Shown: one piece after another, positions 57,945 through 64,000 of the stretch
Position numbering within the stretch: position 1 is the first letter of the stretch
Layout: every line of letters begins with the position of its first letter
Virus record (IMG/VR): IMGVR_UViG_2907128583_000005
Coordinates: 1 to 64,000 of that record
Reading direction: 5' to 3' (one strand)
DNA length: 64,000 nt
Source of the DNA: a virus
Taxonomy: Duplodnaviria; Caudoviricetes
Notes under the pieces: model-generated
What the model was told of the DNA's origin: nothing
What the model saw: the letters and a program-made list of their open reading frames with translations, nothing else
The model's database searches: none
Program-made: the position numbers and the translations under genes

Positions 57945-58137
57945 ATGTATTATTGATCATCAAAAATGATCATCCTCCGATTGATAATATTCTGTTGTAC
58001 TATTTATTTGCCACTGCCATAGCTTGCTTATGTATTTTGCATATTCTTCATCTGAAATTTGTTTAGAATCTTTCTTGTTATTCATGATTTCCATGTAGTT
58101 TTGAATCATTTTGTACCTCCGATTCAAGCCGAATTAT

Positions 58138-59884
58138 TTAACATAGGTTATTTTTAATATATAACCACCCTTGTGATTCCATCAGTTTTTGGTGATTAAA
58201 GCCTTCTTCTTCTGTTTCATATGTATAAACAACTTCTTCGCGTTCAATCTTCATCGTCGCATCTCCTTTTCTCATTTTACTGGTAACCTTGTATTTATTA
58301 ATTAATGTTAGATGCTCTGTCACAAACCAAAACAATACTCTATCTTTCAATTTCTCATCCAATTTATCGATAGTACTCCAAACTCTATCCATGTAAACAT
58401 TAGGGAATCCGTCCTTATCTTTGTAGGCACACATTTTAAACTCATCTATAAAATTGTTTCTCAATTGTGTTTCATTCATAAAATTCTCCATGTCAAAAGA
58501 CATATACCCATCTCCTCATAAAATGCATCTTTTACTTACATAGTGCTTCAATTGACTTAATTAATTCTTGCTTATCAATACCAACCACTCTGTCTCCCAA
58601 CCTTATCTCCACTTCCGAAGAATCACTGTAAGATTCAAAATCAATTGTTTCTGATGAATATGAGTTATAGCTGTCAGTTAGTAAATCGAGTACTATTTTC
58701 ATATGCTACCTCTTTCATAATTTTAGTTATATTTAAATTTTTGTTTAACCGTTTCAGTTGCTCAATTACATCACACATATACCAATAAAGGTCACTAATC
58801 TCTTCAGATTTGTATCCATCAAGAAAAATCCAGTAACTATCATGTTCGTTTGATATCTCGACTGCTCTAGTATGATATACCTTCTTCCACTCGTGCCTAC
58901 CTTTCAGACCACCGTTTTGTTCTATGTATCTCAATAGTTCTGCATTAAACATTTCGTATAACTCAATGCCTTGCTGAATAGTTTCAAACCCCATGTAACC
59001 CTCAACTGAAATGTTGTACTGATCTTTATCTGAATACCATACCTTACCTTTCCAGACTTCAAAGTCTCCATCATGCATATTGATCAATGTTTTGGGATTC
59101 ATTTTCTTCATTGTTTCATCGAATTTTCCCTGATTATATGCATTGTTATAATAATCAAGCCTAATCTGTTCCATCTCTTTGGAATAAAATATCTCTTCAA
59201 GTTTTTTCTTGTTCATGTAGGCACTCCTTATCTAAGATTATGGATATACATTAAAAAGACTCCATCAATCAGTCCCAGCACAAACCAGCCAAGTTGATTC
59301 CAAGTAAAGTTTCTCTTTAGGTTTTTATAAATTCCTACGTGTACCATTTGTGCCATCATAAACAAAAATCCAATCCAAAATGTAATCACAGTCCCATCTC
59401 CAATCGTCCATTACAATCTCTCAAAATTCCAATAGACCCTATTCGTCAGTTGATCAACAGCTACATTTATTTGATGTCTATTTGTCGTAAAAAGACCATA
59501 CGAATTGCATACAACTGTGAATTTCACTAAAGGAATTTTTGTGTAATTGGCACCTCTGTCTATTAACACTTCGGTTACTGTAGCTCCTACTTGAATTCTT
59601 TTGTACTTAGGAAAGGCTTGTTTAATTAGTTTTTTTGTATATTTGTATAAACCTTTATCCACTAAATTAACTGTCTCCTTTATAAAATATGAGTTTTACT
59701 TCAATTTTCGATAGTCTAAATAATCTAAAACAACACCTAATAAACAAACTCCAGAGAATCCAAACCAAAACCAAGGGGTTGTAGTTTGAGGATAAATCAG
59801 ACCATAAATTGCACCTACTAGACCGCAAGCAGTCATTATAGTTAATAAGTTAATAGTGAAGGTTAAAAGTTGTTTTCTGTTCAA
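58138..59884 (-). CDS. Small hypothetical phage genes (58138-58503, 58532-58702, 58674-59216, 59411-59662, 59696-59884 and others)
   Basis: Co-oriented short ORFs with RBSs; 59696-59884 has two hydrophobic helices. Confidence 0.6.
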
Positions 59885-60541
59885 TTAAACCACTTCCCAA
59901 TTAGTATAGATTGGTTTCAGTCGTTTTATTGTTCTTTGAAAAGCTTGATGCGCTGCCTGACGCGACACACCAAGTTCAACTCCAATTTCCGATATGCTTT
60001 TCCCTTCAAAAAAGTACTTGTCAGCAACAACTCTTTCCTTCTTCGCCAACAATGCATCCATTTGTTTAACTAAATGTGTATTGAACATTTCATCCTCGAC
60101 TGTCAGATAATCTAGGTGACTGTCATTTGAAATAACCTCAGCAAGCAGTTTTTCTTCATCTGTGCCTTTCGATTTATGAAGGGTTTCATTGAAACTAATA
60201 CTGGAGAACTTACTTCGACATTTCATGCTTTTATATCTGGAATGTGCCATAAATTCTTTCCATACCACTTTTCCAAGATATGAAGTAAATTTAATATTCT
60301 TGTTCGTGTCATATGTATTATAAGCCTTCATTAGTGCTACCATTCCCATACCCAATAGATCATCAAACTCTTCCCGGACTCCTCGTTTATACCAACGGTC
60401 AGCTAGGCTTTTAACAAATGGAATATTATTATTTATAATCTTATCTCTAAGTTCTTTATTGTTTGTTAGCTTTGCCTCTTTAATCAACTCTTCATTGTTC
60501 AAGTTAGGATCTCTTTTATAATTTAAAGTCTTGTTAATCAT
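59885..60541 (-). CDS. Phage-encoded sigma70-family sigma factor (alternative/sporulation-like size)
   Basis: Region 2 (RDKIINNNIPFVKSLA, DDLLGMGMVALMKAYNTYD...KFTSY) and region 4 (SISEIGVELGVSRQAAHQ). Confidence 0.85.
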   Translation of the reverse strand: MINKTLNYKRDPNLNNEELIKEAKLTNNKELRDKIINNNIPFVKSLADRWYKRGVREEFDDLLGMGMVALMKAYNTYDTNKNIKFTSYLGKVVWKEFMAHSRYKSMKCRSKFSSISFNETLHKSKGTDEEKLLAEVISNDSHLDYLTVEDEMFNTHLVKQMDALLAKKERVVADKYFFEGKSISEIGVELGVSRQAAHQAFQRTIKRLKPIYTNWEVV

Positions 60542-61268
60542 GTATTTCGCCTCTACGCACACAATGTTCTATGTATGTTCCTTCTTCAGTAATTTCAAGC
60601 AGGTTCATCTGTAGTCCGTAAGCACAGGCTCCATCAATTCCAATCTTATCGCCTTTTGGATCAAACCAAATATCTTCTCTATCATGTAAATGGATGCAGG
60701 GTGTATGACCAAATACAATCTTCTTCTCTAATCCAGTCTTATTGTTAAAGAATATATCTCTAATCCAAATGAAGTCACTCTCAGGTTGATTTCGCCAGTC
60801 TTCATAAAAAGGATTAACTCCAGCGTGAACGAATATGTATTTATCTGTTTCATGATATAAAGGCAGCGACTCTAAAAAATCAATGTGATGCTGATAATGC
60901 TTCCTAATAAACTCTTTTGCTTTTATGTATTGTTCCCATTCAAATCCTTCTTCAAAAAAACTAATCCCACAATAACTCTCTATAGTTTGAAATCCACCAT
61001 TATTAAGCCATTGGGCATCTAATTCTTCAATTTCATTATTTATTGCAGCCACAAACATATCGTCATGATTCCCCTTGAGAGCAATTACACCCCATTCATT
61101 ACGAAGTTGCATTACTTGCTCAACCATCTGCCTACTCTTCTGTCCTCGATCAACATAATCTCCAAGTAGAATGAGTTTATCCTGAGAAGGATTGTACTTT
61201 GCTTTTTTCAATAATGAATTAAATTCGTCATTACATCCATGCGGATCACTAACTGCTAATGTTCTGAT
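60534..61268 (-). CDS. Calcineurin-like Ser/Thr phosphatase (metallophosphoesterase)
   Basis: SDPHG (upstream of the tracked start), LGDYVDRG, KGNHD, FVHAG, FGHTP and IDGAC motifs. Confidence 0.9.
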   Translation of the reverse strand: MRTLAVSDPHGCNDEFNSLLKKAKYNPSQDKLILLGDYVDRGQKSRQMVEQVMQLRNEWGVIALKGNHDDMFVAAINNEIEELDAQWLNNGGFQTIESYCGISFFEEGFEWEQYIKAKEFIRKHYQHHIDFLESLPLYHETDKYIFVHAGVNPFYEDWRNQPESDFIWIRDIFFNNKTGLEKKIVFGHTPCIHLHDREDIWFDPKGDKIGIDGACAYGLQMNLLEITEEGTYIEHCVRRGEIHD

Positions 61269-61273
61269 ATGTA

Positions 61274-61444
61274 TTACCCCTTCCTAATGTAGTCAATGTA
61301 TACCCATACAGATTTATATTTGCCACACTTGGTGCAAATCATATGCCGTTTCATTCCAGATTTTTTTACAATTCCGTAAGTAATCATTTCTTCATGTTTG
61401 CGGTCGTTTGTTTCCCATTGGTGATCACAGAACAATTTAAGAAT
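61274..61444 (-). CDS. Small Zn-finger-like protein
   Basis: KLFCDHQW...CTKCGK; strong AGGAGG RBS. Confidence 0.6.
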   Translation of the reverse strand: MLKLFCDHQWETNDRKHEEMITYGIVKKSGMKRHMICTKCGKYKSVWVYIDYIRKG

Positions 61445-61491
61445 AAGAATTCCCTCCTCTCTATAAAACAAGTGTTTTACAACAATATGTA

Positions 61492-62239
61492 TTAGCTAAA
61501 AGTTGCTTCTGGCTCTGCCTTTACGTCAACATCATCTGATTCAGATTCTGTATCGATGGTCAGTTTAATGTGGTTTTGGGTCAAACTCATCAATAACAAT
61601 TCGAAATTATTCAAGTGTCTTAGTGACTTCAAGTCCATGATTCCATGGTGTTCAATATCCCACCCTTTATCTCTGCTCTCCTTCCATCGATACAATCTGA
61701 TAGATTGATTCATTTCCTCATCTTTCTTACATTCAAAGACTAGGTTTGCGTACTCATAAATACTCCAACTTCTACTTTCATCGTATTCCACTTCTAAACT
61801 CACTTGAGCATATTCATAACTGATACCATCATCATAATTAACTTCAAGCTTACCTGTATCAATATTCTCAGCAACATAATCCATCCACTTTTCATACAGG
61901 CTTGAGACATTCATTTGCTTATCTACATTGTCAGTTGTCATGATACTTTTAAAATTCTGAAGTAGTTGTTTATTCTCAAGTGTTGAATTTTGAAGAACGT
62001 CAACCAGAACAACTGTCTAGTTTAATTATGTATTTTGAATAATCATAAGACTCAAGATATGGAACCATAACCGATTTCACTTTCTCTTCAATAATTTTGG
62101 TGACATCTCCGTAGGATCTGAACAAGTTTTCAAGAGCGTTAACCACTCCTTTCTCTAGTTGCTGTTCAATAAGTTTTTCAACCGTTCCATCCTCAAGTTT
62201 TTTAGAAATTACATCCTTAATACTATTTTCTAGTGTCAT
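61492..62239 (-). pseudogene. Frameshifted phage gene (one extra base near 62011)
   Basis: Removing one T from GAC AGT TGT TCT joins the two ORFs as LDSVLVDVLQNSTLENKQLLQNFKSIMTTDN. Confidence 0.75.
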
Positions 62240-62271
62240 TATTAATTACTCCTTTTATCTATTATTTTCAA

Positions 62272-63390
62272 TTATTCAACAACGTCTTCTATAATCTCTT
62301 CGAGCTGCTTAATTGCTTTTTTGGATAAGCTTTGTTTGTGACTGTCTAACCATGAAACGAGTCTTTTATTTACCGATTCTTTCTTTTCTGGTTCTAGAGC
62401 AGGCTTCACATATTTGTGACTTGTTTTAATTGCAATTGCATGAGACGATGAAACATAAACTGGTCTATACTTTGCAGATTTCGATACTTCTGTGTATTCC
62501 TCTTGATTTGAAACAGGAATGGCATTTTCGCCATGTTCATTTCTGAAATCATCATAAACATTATCTACAATCTCTCTAAGTTTGTTGTTTGCATTGGTTG
62601 CATAAGCACTTGTAATATATTGAACATCTGGAGAACTGTTCTTGATCATATCAACAGTCTTATTGGAGTTAACACCACTCAACATCCTAGAGGATAGCCA
62701 TTTTAATTCAAATGAGTCTGCCAACTTTCTATCTCTATCAATCTTTATGTACTCAGGTTTGAAATCATATCCTTGCGTATACTCACTGTAATTGCATACA
62801 AACAACCCATTAACAAACACTTTACCTTTATACTTTTCTTCCTCAAGTATTCGTCCAAAACTGCTTTCAATTATTTTTCCAACTTCCTGCAAATGAAGAT
62901 CAGATTCTACAATATCCTGATACTCTTGATTAGTGATATTCTCAATGATAATAGTTAGATTGTTATCAGGCACTTTTTCCCAAGGATATTTCTTATCAAC
63001 GAAAAAAGTTAGTATTTCTTCGCCATAACGACGACTATTAACAAATCTCGGCTTCCAAACTTCTTTCGCACCATAGTTATAAAAGGTCACTGGTTTATTT
63101 AGTCGGGTCAACACTAGTGTAGCAATTTTATACCCTTCTCCAAATTGACCAATTGTATTTGGATCGTCACGTTTAGATGAAGAGCCAAGCAGGAGAGTTT
63201 TCACATTTAGGACAGAAGACTTGTTTCCAATATGTAGTGCTTGTGCTTCGGCATCAAATTCGAAAAACATTTTATTGTCATCTGATATCGTTTGCTGATC
63301 GAGAGCATTTTGAAATAGTTCACGAATGGCATCTACAAGTGTCCAGTCAGGAACATAGTCTTTTGATAAACTCAGTTCGTATTTACTCAA
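62272..63390 (-). CDS. GHKL/HATPase-like ATP-binding protein
   Basis: AIRELFQNALD and LLLGSSSKRDDPNTIGQFGEGYK, Bergerat-fold motifs. Confidence 0.75.
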   Translation of the reverse strand: MSKYELSLSKDYVPDWTLVDAIRELFQNALDQQTISDDNKMFFEFDAEAQALHIGNKSSVLNVKTLLLGSSSKRDDPNTIGQFGEGYKIATLVLTRLNKPVTFYNYGAKEVWKPRFVNSRRYGEEILTFFVDKKYPWEKVPDNNLTIIIENITNQEYQDIVESDLHLQEVGKIIESSFGRILEEEKYKGKVFVNGLFVCNYSEYTQGYDFKPEYIKIDRDRKLADSFELKWLSSRMLSGVNSNKTVDMIKNSSPDVQYITSAYATNANNKLREIVDNVYDDFRNEHGENAIPVSNQEEYTEVSKSAKYRPVYVSSSHAIAIKTSHKYVKPALEPEKKESVNKRLVSWLDSHKQSLSKKAIKQLEEIIEDVVE

Positions 63391-63422
63391 GTTTCACTCT
63401 TCCTTTCAATAAAACAGGTAAT

Positions 63423-63743
63423 TTACAGGATTCTAAATTCTTTTAATGTCTTCTTTAGTTGTTCGTGTGACAATCTTGAAGCCATATTCCTTGCTCTCTT
63501 CCAAGTTTCTTCGTCAATATCATTATCTCTTAATTCTCGAACCAAAATATTCATTAGTCGTTTAGCATTTTGATTAATCAATTTATACTCATCTCCACTA
63601 ATTGGCGCTGCATTGCCAAACTTATCAATGCCATTGCATACACTACGATCATACATTTCAGTTTCATAGTAATATTTCATCCATTTGATAAAGGATTTCC
63701 GATACTTCTGGTCTTTAAAATATTCCTTATATAAATTATCCAT
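63423..63743 (-). CDS. Hypothetical phage protein
   Basis: 106 aa with an RBS. Confidence 0.65.
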   Translation of the reverse strand: MDNLYKEYFKDQKYRKSFIKWMKYYYETEMYDRSVCNGIDKFGNAAPISGDEYKLINQNAKRLMNILVRELRDNDIDEETWKRARNMASRLSHEQLKKTLKEFRIL

Positions 63744-64000
63744 CCTAATTACATCCCTTTCTGAATAAAACTAGACTTTTACAGACTTTTTTTATTAATC
63801 AAAAGTTCAATTTCTTTTAATTGCTCAATATTCAATGTTCCAAGTTTGTTGCTGATGCTGCTAACAAGCCCTTGTTTTTCTTTTGTTTGATTGATATTAT
63901 TCCAATAATCGTTTGGGTCAACATATGCCTTATAACAACCCAATATTCCGCTGTTATTAGTTAATGTTTTCTTATCTAATCTGATAGGATGCTTATCGCC

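Larger units (their letters stand above)
50378..63781. repeat. Dispersed 16-bp palindrome TAAAA-N6-TTTTA at gene junctions (8 copies)
   Basis: Copies start at 50378, 54651, 57348, 58519, 59683, 61464, 63410 (one mismatch) and 63766. Confidence 0.8.
48464..64000. mobile_element. Prophage 2: SPbeta-like element inserted in spoVK, extending past the right edge
   Basis: Large serine recombinase at the junction, AT-rich sequence, DnaE, RuvC-like resolvase, sigma factor and many small co-oriented genes. Confidence 0.9.

Noticed and set aside
641-63446. Many 60-160-aa ORF-track entries antisense to or overlapping the called genes
   Set aside because: They lack RBSs and recognisable motifs, and are shadows of the real coding strand.

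Overview
This window looks like a Paenibacillus-type (Bacillales) chromosome segment. A ~5-kb host island (spoVK'-hflX-ynbB-glnR-glnA, the gene order also seen in B. subtilis) lies between two prophages. Prophage 1 (left edge to ~43340) is a siphovirus with a tyrosine integrase, inserted at the 3' end of glnA. It has tail, head, packaging, replication and immunity modules plus several morons: a PLAT-domain gene, a CPT-like kinase between paired palindromes, and a Pro/Gly-rich pair. Its lysis genes and far att site are not in the window. Prophage 2 (~48464 to the right edge) is an SPbeta-like element whose large serine recombinase has split the sporulation gene spoVK. It carries its own intact spoVK behind a sigmaE-like promoter, ParM/ParR-like partition genes, DnaE, a RuvC-like resolvase and a sigma factor. 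Main leads: (1) the split spoVK plus a phage-borne replacement copy; (2) the recombinase ORF reads through its att junction, so its C-terminus would change on excision; (3) eight TAAAA-N6-TTTTA palindromes at prophage 2 gene boundaries; (4) probable non-AUG starts in prophage 2; (5) a +1-type tail chaperone frameshift and a split Dit; (6) dif-like sites beside a minimal tyrosine recombinase. All calls come from reading the sequence by eye; no database searches were run.
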